IMG/VR virus record: IMGVR_UViG_3300031344_000001
Source of the DNA: a virus
Lineage: Duplodnaviria > Heunggongvirae > Uroviricota > Caudoviricetes
DNA length: 64,000 bases
Direction: 5' to 3' (one strand)
The notes beneath the pieces were generated by a model, which saw nothing but the letters and a program-made list of their open reading frames with translations, made no database searches and had not been told where the DNA came from. Each line of letters opens with the position of its first letter. Within the stretch, counting starts at the first letter, position 1. Shown one piece after another: positions 7,070 through 17,306 of the stretch. The position numbers were made by a program, and so were the translations under genes.

Positions 7070-7226
7070 TCTCTTCGTAGGTCGTGGGCTGCGGCTCGCG
7101 CTTGATACCCACGACGGTCCCCTGGCCGGCGAAGTTCGCCATACCCGCCCAATCGCGGCGCGCACACGGATGTCCTACGGTGCCTTGGCACCTGGACGAC
7201 ACTGTGAGAGCGAATGCGATCGACAT
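7053..7226 (-). CDS. putative attenuator leader peptide (57 aa)
   Basis: MSIAFALTV...TTYEEKAPDA*; ATG 16 nt after the -10 box; last codons cover the antiterminator 5' arm. Confidence 0.6.
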   Translation of the reverse strand: MSIAFALTVSSRCQGTVGHPCARRDWAGMANFAGQGTVVGIKREPQPTTYEEKAPDA

Positions 7227-7242
7227 GGCGGGTACAAGGAGG

Positions 7243-7271
7243 ATGCTAACGTGCCGCCGATCAGAAGTCAA
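7243..7271 (-). promoter_or_regulatory. sigma70-type promoter of the tRNA array
   Basis: TTGACT-17 nt-TAGCAT. Confidence 0.7.
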
Positions 7272-7297
7272 CGTCTTGCTCTCAGCGCGCAGACAGC

Positions 7298-7918
7298 TCA
7301 CGTCGTGACGCTCAACTCCGCGCGTCGCATGAAGCGCCCGCGCCGATGACCGCGCTGCGAACCGCGCTTTCTTTCTACGCCTGCCACACGCTCGTAACCC
7401 GCCGCGAGAAGGGCCTTCCGTAACACATCCGCGGTGACCCCGAGGTTACTGGCCACTTCGCAGCTGGGCATCCCCTGGTTCTCGATCCAACTCACGGCCA
7501 GCCTGACGCTGTAGTCATCGAGCCGTCGATCCGGGAGCCACGTCACGTGCAGCACGTGGAACTTCACGCGCGTGCGCACGTAGAGGACGCTCGTACCTGG
7601 CGCACGCCCGATCTCGAGGATGCCTTCCGCTCGGAGTGCCTCCGGCGTGGTCGACGTTTGAACGAGCGACGCCCGTGCACGCACCCGCGAGGGCGCTGCT
7701 GTTTGCCCTCGCGGCGCGAGGGCCGTGGGCAACGGCGGCGGCGGCGACGGCGGCGGCGGCGACGGCGGCGACGGCGGCGGCGGCGACGGCGGCGGCGGCG
7801 GCGACGGCGGCATGCACGCGATTTGAACGGGCGCAGGGAGCGGTTCGAGCCCTAAGCGCGCTCTCTCATCACGCTCGAACGCCGCGAAGGACGAATAGAT
7901 GCGTGGAACGAGCGTCAC
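7298..7918 (-). CDS. hypothetical protein, Pro-rich linker, possible C-terminal HTH
   Basis: ORF; EVASNLGVTADVLRKAL. Confidence 0.5.
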   Translation of the reverse strand: MTLVPRIYSSFAAFERDERARLGLEPLPAPVQIACMPPSPPPPPSPPPPSPPSPPPPSPPPPLPTALAPRGQTAAPSRVRARASLVQTSTTPEALRAEGILEIGRAPGTSVLYVRTRVKFHVLHVTWLPDRRLDDYSVRLAVSWIENQGMPSCEVASNLGVTADVLRKALLAAGYERVAGVERKRGSQRGHRRGRFMRRAELSVTT

Positions 7919-8029
7919 CGCGTGCTCCGCTGCCGAGACGCGCGATCACCGCGCTGAAGCTGGACCGCGATCACCGCCGATTTCTCTACCACAGACGCGC
8001 GGCACGCTAGGGTGCTTCCGCAGTCCCCC

Positions 8030-8497
8030 ATGTACAAGGTCCAGCTGATCTACTTCCGGCAGACCGGCAAATTCCTGGCGATCGCCGAGGCCCTCACCAC
8101 GCACGACACGCTGGTCGAGATCTGGGAAGAGGTCGACGACTTGCGACGCCTCGGTCGACTGCCCGCGCTGCGCATTGGCACAGGGCGCGACCTGTTCATC
8201 TTCGTCGACGTCCCCGACCACCCGCAGCGCGTGCCGCACCTGGTGATGCCCCCATTCATCGACGACGACGACGTCACACCGCTGCGGGTCGGTACCGGCG
8301 AGATGGTGCCACTAGTCCGCATGCCGCTCGACGAGCTGCCACGTCCCCAACCATCACGCACCACCACGCGGGACGTGCTCAAGATCGATCCCGCAGTGTT
8401 CACCACCGAACCGTGCCTCGACACAGGCGTCGCGTCTGACGAAGAGATTACGCCCGTCGACCAGCCGATTCCCAAGAGCCCCGACAAAAAGCCCTAG
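8030..8497 (+). CDS. hypothetical protein
   Basis: ORF MYKVQLIYFRQTGKF... with GC3-biased codons. Confidence 0.65.
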   Translation: MYKVQLIYFRQTGKFLAIAEALTTHDTLVEIWEEVDDLRRLGRLPALRIGTGRDLFIFVDVPDHPQRVPHLVMPPFIDDDDVTPLRVGTGEMVPLVRMPLDELPRPQPSRTTTRDVLKIDPAVFTTEPCLDTGVASDEEITPVDQPIPKSPDKKP

Positions 8498-8525
8498 CTC
8501 GCGAGCTCACCAGGACCGTGAGGCT

Positions 8526-8984
8526 TCACTCCTGAGCGGCGACGGCGAACGCTCGCCGCCACCACGAGCATTCCTCGACGAAGTCCACGCGCCCCAAGAT
8601 CCTGATCGTGCCGTCACGCAAGATCGCGCCGTAGTCGAACTCGTGCTCGGGACCTCCATCCGACAAGAACTTCGCGTGCGCGTCCGCGTCGCAGCCGGTC
8701 CCGTCCGGCGGGTGGCTCGCGTGCGCGTGCGCGATCCACCACTGGCGCGACGGGAAGAACCAGGACGTACCGTCCTCCGCGTAACCGATCGGGAAGTCGA
8801 GGTAGCCCCCACCGCCCGGCTTGCGTGCGCGAATCGCGACGGTCCAAAAGTTCGCGATCCAGGGCTTCTCGAGGTGCACGTTGATCATTCCGCGCACAGA
8901 GGCCGGCAACGAAGCGTCAAGGACGAGCGCGTCCCGTCGCCGCAGCAGCATGCTGGCGGCGATCTGTGCGATCTGGATGCGCAT
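8526..8984 (-). CDS. hypothetical protein
   Basis: TGATG coupling to the phosphatase gene. Confidence 0.6.
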   Translation of the reverse strand: MRIQIAQIAASMLLRRRDALVLDASLPASVRGMINVHLEKPWIANFWTVAIRARKPGGGGYLDFPIGYAEDGTSWFFPSRQWWIAHAHASHPPDGTGCDADAHAKFLSDGGPEHEFDYGAILRDGTIRILGRVDFVEECSWWRRAFAVAAQE

Positions 8985-9430
8985 CAGCGTCCGGGAGCCT
9001 GCTTCACGTCGACCACGACGCGAACAAGGCGCTCGAAATTCGGGTTCGACAGCGCCCACGCGCCGCGCGCGCCGCGCAGTCGACCGACGATCTCATCGGC
9101 GCTCATGCCAAAGACGTCGTGCATCGCGAGCGCCGCGATCAGCGCCGATCGGTTCAGCCCCATCGCACACGTCACCAGCACGCGCTTCCCCGCACGCAAG
9201 CGACGAGCCACGCGGCCTGCGGCCTTCGTCGCAACGACGATCTCATCCTCGCGCAACGGCCGCTGCGGATCGTCGTCGAGCGGAGCGTGGAGCACCTCCG
9301 CGCCGGGGAACGAGTCAGCGGGGGGCTGGTACTCCATCGCCGCGAGGACGATCGCGTCGACGCAAGCGTGTCGTCCAAGCGCGGGCTTCGAGCCCACGAA
9401 GAGTCCAGGCGCAACCTCATTCTGCGACAT
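8984..9430 (-). CDS. dual-specificity protein phosphatase
   Basis: EVAPGLFVGS, PLDD acid loop, VLVTCAMGLNRS (CX5R), NPNF. Confidence 0.9.
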   Translation of the reverse strand: MSQNEVAPGLFVGSKPALGRHACVDAIVLAAMEYQPPADSFPGAEVLHAPLDDDPQRPLREDEIVVATKAAGRVARRLRAGKRVLVTCAMGLNRSALIAALAMHDVFGMSADEIVGRLRGARGAWALSNPNFERLVRVVVDVKQAPGR

Positions 9431-9458
9431 CAGCAACTCCTCCAACAACGAGCGAAGA

Positions 9459-9950
9459 TCACGACGGAGAAACCTTGCCGAGCATCCCGCCGAGGAAGCG
9501 CAGCGGGCGGTCACCAACGTTCTCGACGTAGATCATGATGGAGCTGCCCACGGTAGCAAGCGGCAGCGTCCACGGCGACCCGAGCAGCTCGGCGGCCTTC
9601 TTGCCCACCTTGATCTCGATCACCTTGTCACGCGCGAACATCGCGTCGATCTCGGCGATCGCCTCCATGGACGTCGCGAAAGCGTCGGCCGGGATCGGCG
9701 CTGACGCCGAGGCCAGCGCCTCGCGCGTTCCCACACGGAGAGAGTGGATCAAGAACGACGACGCGATCGGTAAATGCACGAACAACCGGTTGCCGCGGAA
9801 CGGGATCTGGGGCCTCGATTCGAGCACGATGTAGCCCGCCGGCATGACGTCCCCGGTCCGGTCCACCTCACCTGCGAGTAACCGTCCCGAGCGACTGTCG
9901 AAGCCGAGCCAACCGTCTGCTGTGTCGACGTGCTCCTTGGCGTTCATCAT
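9459..9950 (-). CDS. divergent paralog of the 137-aa beta-rich (capsid-like) domain
   Basis: SRPQIPFRGNRLFV...FLIHSLRVGTRE...PIPADAFAT aligns with GRPQTLVFKIGRFVI...WIVNDIKIGNRS...DVPGDLFAT. Confidence 0.65.
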   Translation of the reverse strand: MMNAKEHVDTADGWLGFDSRSGRLLAGEVDRTGDVMPAGYIVLESRPQIPFRGNRLFVHLPIASSFLIHSLRVGTREALASASAPIPADAFATSMEAIAEIDAMFARDKVIEIKVGKKAAELLGSPWTLPLATVGSSIMIYVENVGDRPLRFLGGMLGKVSPS

Positions 9951-10139
9951 CGGGACCTCAGCCTAACAGGCTCTCGGGCAGATCCACCAGCAGTGCATCC
10001 TCACCGACGACCTCGTCAAGGTCGTCGGTCTGCACGGGCCGCCGCCTGCGTCCAGTCTCTCGCACGCTCTGGGCCTGGGCCCGCGCGGTCTGACGGCGAA
10101 CGATCACAGCACGGCGTTTGCGACGCTCCGCTGGCGTCA

Positions 10140-10430
10140 TCACTGGAAACCGCAAGCGTCGGCGACGTCGTCGCCGAGAAGCTGGCGCTCGCGCGACGGG
10201 GGCAGCCCCCCGTCCCCACGCGCCGCAAGCTTCTCCGCTTTACGCGACACCGCCACACTCACCTGACCCGGCGTCTGCTGCGTGTGCGCGACGACCGGAA
10301 CACCGATCGCCGAGAGTCCTGCCTCGACGAGCGCGGAGAGCGTCACACCGCGACGAGCAGCCTCCTGCTTGGCCTCCGCGTAGACGCTCCGGTTCAACGA
10401 AACAGTGCGGCGGGTCTGCTTCTTCGCCAT
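10140..10430 (-). CDS. ribbon-helix-helix DNA-binding protein
   Basis: RRTVSLNRSVYAEAKQEAARRGVTLSALVEAGL; GGAG SD. Confidence 0.7.
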   Translation of the reverse strand: MAKKQTRRTVSLNRSVYAEAKQEAARRGVTLSALVEAGLSAIGVPVVAHTQQTPGQVSVAVSRKAEKLAARGDGGLPPSRERQLLGDDVADACGFQ

Positions 10431-10518
10431 GTCTGGAGAGCCTACGCCGCGAGGCTGACAGCCGCGACAACGCGGCACTTTTCTTGTCCCTCGTGCCCGA
10501 AATCTCTAGCTTTGTCGC

Positions 10519-11380
<862 letters not shown>

Positions 11381-11409
11381 GACGCAGTCGTCTCCGGCCC
11401 AGCGCAGCC

Positions 11410-13467
11410 TCACAACTCCTCGTTCCACCCGTCCCCGTCGATCGGGACGAACCCCTTGTCGGTCAACTCGAGGCGTCCCACGATGTTGGTAGCTCCGAAC
11501 CGATTCTTGCCGGGGCACCGGAGGATCCTCTCCCGTCCCTCAAGCTTCGCGCTCTGCTCCATCTCGAGCACGACGTCGACGTCGTGCTCGATCGTCTTGG
11601 GGCCCGCGATGTCCCCGTCCGCCGTGACGTGCCCGATGAGCCAGAGGGCCGTGCCTGTCGTCTTAGCGTAGCTGACAAAGCGATCCGTGCACGCCTTGAG
11701 CTGCGCCGGGGACCCCGCACGCCCTCCAACGTCCTCGCAGATCATCTTCTGGATCGAGTCGATCGCGATCGTCTGCGCGCGCATCGCCCGCGCGTGCGCG
11801 AAGATCTTGGTGAGTTGCCGCTCGGCCATCACGTAGAGCCGGGGAGACACCGCGTCGATGCGCCGCGCGGTCGCCGCGAGCTGCTCGCGCGTCTCCTCAC
11901 CCGTGACGTAGAGGCAACGGTGCTTGAGCCCGACGAGCACCTGGAGGGTGAGCGACGAATTATGCGTGACGGTGAAATCGCCGAGCAGGAAGCGCCCGTC
12001 GCCATCCAGGGTAAATCCGAAAAAAAGACCTTCTCCAATCGGCTCGACAGCGAAGCCCGTGCGCGTCGCGACCTTCTTCTGCCGCCGCGGACGCGCTTGT
12101 TTACGCGGAAGGCGCGTCGGGATCATGTTCGTGTCACCCGAGATGGTGACTCGCCAGTAATCGCCCTCGAAGATCGAACCATCGGCACGTTTGTAGCGCC
12201 CACGTTTGGGCACGATCGTCGCGCACAGCCCGAGTGATCGAGCCATCCACCAAATCTCCCGCGCCCAATCCTCGCGCTTCTGCGTGATGCAGAGACATGT
12301 GTTAACCAGATCGCCATCACGGTCGAGCAAGCCCGCCAAGAACTGGAGACGCTGATCACGTGGCGCCCTCGTATAGATCGCAGGCATGCGCAACTCCGTG
12401 CCGAGCAGGTTACGCAGCGTGCTGAGCAAGCGATTGACTGTCCCGCAACCGCGACTGCCATTGGTGATGGCGTACGTCGGACACCCACTGGTGTTTAGCG
12501 ACACGGTGACCTGCAAGTCCCAGGAACGCGCGACGTCTTCACACGACGCACGCACCTCGGGATCTGGCTTAGTGACGTGCACCTTCCTGAGCTGCCCGTC
12601 TTGGACCTGCTTAGTACCATCGCCGAACCAAAGTCCTAGAAAATAAGGATCGACCGGGAGCGTGTGGGTCTCTCCTCCAAATGACTCCACGCCGACGCTG
12701 AAGAGCTTTCCGTGATGACGCATGTCCGAATGCGGCGCCTTCGCTTGCCATTCGTCGAGGGGTACGTCGAACACTTCGTCCGTGTAACTGTCGACCAACG
12801 TGAGTACATGCGCGTCGTTGCAAATCCACGGCTCCCCCTTGATCGGATCAATCCGAAAGAGTTCTCCGCGCCCCTCATTCGTCGAGAGCACGACACGGGG
12901 CTTACCATCAGGCCCCATCAAACGATCACCCGGCAAGATTTGCTCAACCGGCAACACGCGGCCATCAAACAAAAGTACCGGCGTTCCACGTCCGAGGCAC
13001 TTACCAATGCCAGGCGGCGACGCGAGCAGCACCACGGAAGCCACGACCAGACCGCCCCCAAGCACGTGGTCGACAGGCACGAGCCCCGTCGAGTCACGAA
13101 CGAACGTCGCTTCCGGGATCTCCGAGATCGGGATCGGCGCCTCGGAGGCGGAGTCCACCGCTGATTCCTCCTCAGGTTCCGTGAGCTCGGGCTCGGGAGA
13201 AGGCGCGCGCACGACCGTGAGTCGCGAGAACTGCGGCACCGGCAATTCCGGCCGGGCCCTTCGCAGTGCGGGCGCCTGGTCCTGCGCAACGGCTTGCACC
13301 GGGACCTCCGCATCGGCGTTGACCACGTCGAGCCCCTCCATCGCTCGACAGCCCACGCAACGAGGCACCCACTTGGCGTGCACCTGCCCGCACGCGCGGC
13401 ACACGAAGCGACGAACGGGGGCGTCGTTCACGACGCCCGGATTGTGAGGATCTCGATCGATGGGCAC
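11410..13467 (-). CDS. radA: RadA/Sms-like ATPase, intein-containing, lacking the C-terminal Lon-like domain
   Basis: FVCRACG..KW..RCVGC zinc finger; PGIGK|S Walker A; YVTGEE; IDSIQ; IGHVT..G.IAGPKTIEHDVD; KNRFG. Confidence 0.88.
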   Translation of the reverse strand: MPIDRDPHNPGVVNDAPVRRFVCRACGQVHAKWVPRCVGCRAMEGLDVVNADAEVPVQAVAQDQAPALRRARPELPVPQFSRLTVVRAPSPEPELTEPEEESAVDSASEAPIPISEIPEATFVRDSTGLVPVDHVLGGGLVVASVVLLASPPGIGKCLGRGTPVLLFDGRVLPVEQILPGDRLMGPDGKPRVVLSTNEGRGELFRIDPIKGEPWICNDAHVLTLVDSYTDEVFDVPLDEWQAKAPHSDMRHHGKLFSVGVESFGGETHTLPVDPYFLGLWFGDGTKQVQDGQLRKVHVTKPDPEVRASCEDVARSWDLQVTVSLNTSGCPTYAITNGSRGCGTVNRLLSTLRNLLGTELRMPAIYTRAPRDQRLQFLAGLLDRDGDLVNTCLCITQKREDWAREIWWMARSLGLCATIVPKRGRYKRADGSIFEGDYWRVTISGDTNMIPTRLPRKQARPRRQKKVATRTGFAVEPIGEGLFFGFTLDGDGRFLLGDFTVTHNSSLTLQVLVGLKHRCLYVTGEETREQLAATARRIDAVSPRLYVMAERQLTKIFAHARAMRAQTIAIDSIQKMICEDVGGRAGSPAQLKACTDRFVSYAKTTGTALWLIGHVTADGDIAGPKTIEHDVDVVLEMEQSAKLEGRERILRCPGKNRFGATNIVGRLELTDKGFVPIDGDGWNEEL
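11959..12999 (-). mobile_element. intein with LAGLIDADG-type endonuclease (347 aa)
   Basis: starts CLGRGT, ends FTVTHN|S; PYFLGLWFGDG and FLAGLLDRDG blocks. Confidence 0.93.
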
Positions 13468-13529
13468 GACCCGTAGACCCTAGCGTGGCGACGCGCCAGA
13501 AGTCACCCGATCGCTGACGGGCGAGATCT

Positions 13530-13976
13530 TCAAGACCCCAGCCGCGGAGCCAGGTGGGCGAGGTGCGGGGCGAGCACGACCTGGCCACCGGCCTCTTGTA
13601 GCTGCTTGGCGCTCGCAACGACCGCGTCTTCGTACTCCTTCGTCGAGGGGTATCCACGCTCTTGCGCCATCTGCGCGATCTGCGAAGCCGCCGGGGCGGG
13701 GAGGCCCATCGGCTGTGGAGCACCAGCCAGCGACGGCACGAACGCTGGCGACGGCAGGCCCATCGAGAGCGGTGGCAGCCCGGTCGGCGGCACAGGCTCG
13801 TCGCCGGCGTGCCCGATCTCTGGAGGGAGCTTCGCACCGCGGGGCCACATGAACCAGATCACGCCGCCGACGCCCACGACGAGCGCCAGTTTGACCCAGC
13901 CCCCGACGCCGCCGCGGCGAGGGACTCTCGCGAGTTGCTCCTCGCCGTAGTAGCCGCGTCCATATCCTGCGCTCAT
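13530..13976 (-). CDS. single-pass membrane protein with RGYYG motif
   Basis: GGAGG SD; hydrophobic WVKLALVVGVGGVIWFMW. Confidence 0.7.
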   Translation of the reverse strand: MSAGYGRGYYGEEQLARVPRRGGVGGWVKLALVVGVGGVIWFMWPRGAKLPPEIGHAGDEPVPPTGLPPLSMGLPSPAFVPSLAGAPQPMGLPAPAASQIAQMAQERGYPSTKEYEDAVVASAKQLQEAGGQVVLAPHLAHLAPRLGS

Positions 13977-14007
13977 GAGACCTCCTTCTTGTCGACGGCT
14001 GACCAGT

Positions 14008-14256
14008 TCATCGATTCCCTCGACGACGAAACGCGGTTGCTTGAGGCACTTCAGGGACGACACCGGCCAAGAACACGTGCTGACGACTGCCGTCGGGCAT
14101 CTCAAGCCACAGCATCACAGATCCAGCACTCGAAGCATCAACTTCTCGTGCGAACCCCGTCACGCGACGGCGTGGGATCCCCGAGGAGGCTGCGGTGACG
14201 AGCTTGCCGAGATAGCTCTCGGCAATCTCACGTTCGAGGTACGCCGTCTTCCCCAT
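14008..14256 (-). CDS. hypothetical protein
   Basis: TGATG-coupled ORF. Confidence 0.5.
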   Translation of the reverse strand: MGKTAYLEREIAESYLGKLVTAASSGIPRRRVTGFAREVDASSAGSVMLWLEMPDGSRQHVFLAGVVPEVPQATAFRRRGNR

Positions 14257-14741
14257 CAGGCACCGTTTCCGAGCTGCCGACGGGGCTCGGTCGACGGCTT
14301 CTTCGAGACAGCGCTAGCGACCATGAGTGCCTCGTAATACTCGAGGCTCGCTTGCGCCAAGAGCGCGAGACCAACGCGAGACATCCCCTGGTCAGCGTCG
14401 ATTCCATGCCGCGCGTTCACATACGCGAACGCTGCAAGCTTGAGGCGCTGCCGCGCGCGCCCCACCTCGGGGGAGTCAACCCCGTCCTCGTGCTGGAAGT
14501 AAGCGTCGACCGGACGCTTCACTGGGGCAGCCCCCATGAGCGCCTCGAAATACTCCAGGGACGTCTGCGCCAGGAGCGCAAAACCGGCACGCGCGGTGTC
14601 CGCATCTGCGTCGACCCCGTGGCGCGCGTTCACGTACGCGATCGCGGAGAGCTTGAGCTTCTGGCGCCCGTGACCGGCCGCGTGCGAGTCGCCAGGGCTC
14701 GAACCGTTGCCGGGGCCGTTGAAACGCGCGTGCGACGGCAT
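14256..14741 (-). CDS. hypothetical protein with internal duplication
   Basis: two copies of RQ.LKL.A.AYVNARHG.DAD....R.G.ALLAQ.SLEY.EALM. Confidence 0.7.
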   Translation of the reverse strand: MPSHARFNGPGNGSSPGDSHAAGHGRQKLKLSAIAYVNARHGVDADADTARAGFALLAQTSLEYFEALMGAAPVKRPVDAYFQHEDGVDSPEVGRARQRLKLAAFAYVNARHGIDADQGMSRVGLALLAQASLEYYEALMVASAVSKKPSTEPRRQLGNGA

Positions 14742-14829
14742 CGATCGATCTGTACCACGAAGGCTTCGATTCCGAGATCCCCGTCGCACGGCTGTCAGAT
14801 CCCACGACCCTCCGGCGTCTAGCCCGTAG

Positions 14830-15246
14830 ATGATCAGGCACGCCGACAGCCACCTCGACCACGGCCTCACCGAGGCCCATCTCCGCTACCTCCTCGATCG
14901 GTTCGCCGATCGAAACGGCTTCTTCATCGAGACAATCGCCCTCCCTGTCGAATTGGGGACCGTCCCATGCAGTCTCTACGGCCCCCTGATGGGCGACGCG
15001 CCGATCGACGAGGATGCCGTCACATACGCCGTACGCGGCACACGCACCTGGCCGTCACGCCTGGTCAATCTTCCAGCTCGACCGCAGCACGCGGTAACAG
15101 TGATCGGCGGCCCGCACGAAGAGGCGCTGTGCGTCCTTTACACCGCCTTCGGCGGACCGGCAGCCCCCCAGGAGCCAAACGATCCGAGCTGCAAGGACCC
15201 AGGGACGAGCGCCGCGTTCTGGCGGCAGCACGCTCTTGCACAGTAG
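14830..15246 (+). CDS. hypothetical protein
   Basis: ORF; DSHLDHG, LYTAFGGP.APQEP, FW..HAL. Confidence 0.75.
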   Translation: MIRHADSHLDHGLTEAHLRYLLDRFADRNGFFIETIALPVELGTVPCSLYGPLMGDAPIDEDAVTYAVRGTRTWPSRLVNLPARPQHAVTVIGGPHEEALCVLYTAFGGPAAPQEPNDPSCKDPGTSAAFWRQHALAQ

Positions 15247-15347
15247 GTCAGCTCGGCGAGGCACTCGGAGCGGCCCTCAAGCCTGTCGAGGCACAGCTCC
15301 TGCGGATGGCACCAAGCTCGCGACGTATGACGCTGACGCTTCGCAAC

Positions 15348-15701
15348 TTACAACGCGCGGCCGTACCTGTCTTCGAGACGAACGACGTCGTCCAACTCCG
15401 GCGTCGACACTTCGAGCACGTCGGTGTCCTCGATCGCGAGCATCCGGTGGCGAAAACCCGGCCAGATGTGGAATGGCTCGCGGGGGCCGAGTTCGCGGCT
15501 CTGAGGCTCCTCGCCCTCCGCAAAAAACTCGAAGCGCAGTCGCCCCGTGAGGACCATGATCGTCTCGTCCTTCACGCAGTGGTACTGGAGCGAGAGCGCC
15601 TCGCCGGCGCGCACGTGCAAGATCTTACCGACGTAGCGGTCGGTCTTCGCCCAGATCAGCTCGTGGCCCCAGGGCTTGTCGACGGTCGTTGTCTCTTGCA
15701 C
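15348..15701 (-). CDS. cupin (mannose-6-phosphate isomerase type 2 C-terminal-like)
   Basis: VDKPWGHE, LSLQYH..KDET, EVSTPELDDVVRLEDRYGR. Confidence 0.88.
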   Translation of the reverse strand: MQETTTVDKPWGHELIWAKTDRYVGKILHVRAGEALSLQYHCVKDETIMVLTGRLRFEFFAEGEEPQSRELGPREPFHIWPGFRHRMLAIEDTDVLEVSTPELDDVVRLEDRYGRAL

Positions 15702-15748
15702 GCGGCCTTCTTAGCACGCACGCCTCACGCTACGCAGTCGTTCCGCGT

Positions 15749-16792
15749 TCACGTGAGGTCAAAGACAGCGACGCTGAAGCCACGATCGACGGCACCACCG
15801 GGTGAGATGAGGGAAACAACAACGACGTTCGTGCCGCTGGTCTCCCATATTGCAACAACGTCAGTGACAGGCGTGGAGCTGCCCCCGAGCGTGACCAGGA
15901 TGGCCAGGTTGTTAAGATTCGCCGGAGGATTCGTGAGCGTGAGGTCGTAGATGCCGCTCGACCCCACGTGAGTGACGGATCCAGTGAAGCCCTTCTGCGA
16001 GATGTAGCCCGTTGGGAAAGAACCGTTGGCGTTCGCGATGACGGTCGCGACAGCGATTGCCGGCGCTACGCCTCCCACGCCCGTCGGACCCGTCGGGCCG
16101 TTCGCCGGTCCCGTGGGCCCCGTCGTGCCCGTCGGACCCGTGGCCCCCGTCGGGCCTGTGCCGCCCGTCGGACCCGTAGCCCCGGCCCCGGTCGGGCCCG
16201 TGCTGCCGGTCGCGCCGACGATGCCAGTCGAGCCCACCGCACCAGTCGGGCCCGTCCTGCCAGTCGGGCCCGTCGCGCCCGTCGCGCCAACGATGCCGGT
16301 CGAGCCCACCGCGCCCGTCGGACCCGTCACGCCAGTCGGGCCGGTCGCGCCGGTCGCGCCGACGATGCCGGTCGAGCCCACCGCGCCCGTCGGACCCGTC
16401 ACGCCAGTCGGGCCTGTCGCGCCTGCGGGCCCAGGACCCGTCGCGCCCGTGATGCCATTCGGGCCCGTCAGACCCGTCGCGCCCGTCGGACCCGTCGGAC
16501 CTGTCGCGCCCGTCGCGCCCGTGATGCCGTTCGCGCCCGTCGGACCCGTCGCGCCCGTCGGACCCGTCGCGCCCGTCGGACCCGTCGGACCCGTCGGGCC
16601 GGTGCTGCCGCCCGCGGGGCCCGTCGGACCAGTCGAACTCGCGCCCGTCGCGCCCGTCGCGCCCGTCGCGCCCGTCGCGCCCGTCGCGCCGGCGTGACCG
16701 CGGTGACCGCGGTGACCACGCTTGCCACGCTCGCCGCACTCGCCGCAGCGGCACTCCCCGACGCAGCCCCTTGGGTTAAGGATCATCGCCAT
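15749..16792 (-). CDS. collagen-like fibre protein
   Basis: [14 protein letters not shown], long GPT/GAT tract; C-domain homologous to 10519-11136. Confidence 0.88.
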   Translation of the reverse strand: MAMILNPRGCVGECRCGECGERGKRGHRGHRGHAGATGATGATGATGATGASSTGPTGPAGGSTGPTGPTGPTGATGPTGATGPTGANGITGATGATGPTGPTGATGLTGPNGITGATGPGPAGATGPTGVTGPTGAVGSTGIVGATGATGPTGVTGPTGAVGSTGIVGATGATGPTGRTGPTGAVGSTGIVGATGSTGPTGAGATGPTGGTGPTGATGPTGTTGPTGPANGPTGPTGVGGVAPAIAVATVIANANGSFPTGYISQKGFTGSVTHVGSSGIYDLTLTNPPANLNNLAILVTLGGSSTPVTDVVAIWETSGTNVVVVSLISPGGAVDRGFSVAVFDLT

Positions 16793-16897
16793 CTTCACGA
16801 CGAGGCTAGGCTCAGGGGCTAGGCAGGGCAAGAAAACGGCCGCCTGGTCTCACTCCCGCTCGCCCGAGCGCGTGCCGATCCGAGCTATAGATCAGGG

Positions 16898-17281
16898 ATG
16901 TCCAAGGCGGTCACGGTGCCGTTCTCGCACCTGGTCCTCGACCACAGCGACATCGGCCTCCACCGCGATCGGAAGTGGGGCTTCCGCGAGGTCTTCGGCT
17001 TCCGCACGCTGCACAACCTGCCCTTCTTCCAGTTAGCTCACAAGGTCAAGAGGGCCTACGAGGGCAAAGACGTGCCCTCGCACGAGGGCTGGGAGGCTCA
17101 ACGCGCCGCCCTCCAGTGGCTCGTAGAGAAGGGGCGTGGCGGGATCTACGCTCTCGACGAGAAAGGCATCAGGGTGAAGCACACGCCCTTCCAACGCTTC
17201 TACATCACCGACGGGAACCATCGCTCGCTCGCTCTCTACATCCTTGGTGACAACGAGGTCCGCGCGCGAATCAGTCACTAA
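16898..17281 (+). CDS. ParB/Srx-like small protein
   Basis: FYITDGNHRSLAL motif. Confidence 0.55.
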   Translation: MSKAVTVPFSHLVLDHSDIGLHRDRKWGFREVFGFRTLHNLPFFQLAHKVKRAYEGKDVPSHEGWEAQRAALQWLVEKGRGGIYALDEKGIRVKHTPFQRFYITDGNHRSLALYILGDNEVRARISH

Positions 17282-17306
17282 GGTCGACGGTCGAAACAGC
17301 CAGCGT

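Noticed and set aside
7735-7810. GGC-rich and similar simple repeats (also 39845-39890, 51181-51280, 57165-57195) as phase-variation tracts
   Set aside because: Unit lengths are multiples of three and encode low-complexity linkers
16898-17281. Plasmid partition system
   Set aside because: Only a DGNHR motif; no ParA or HTH domain nearby
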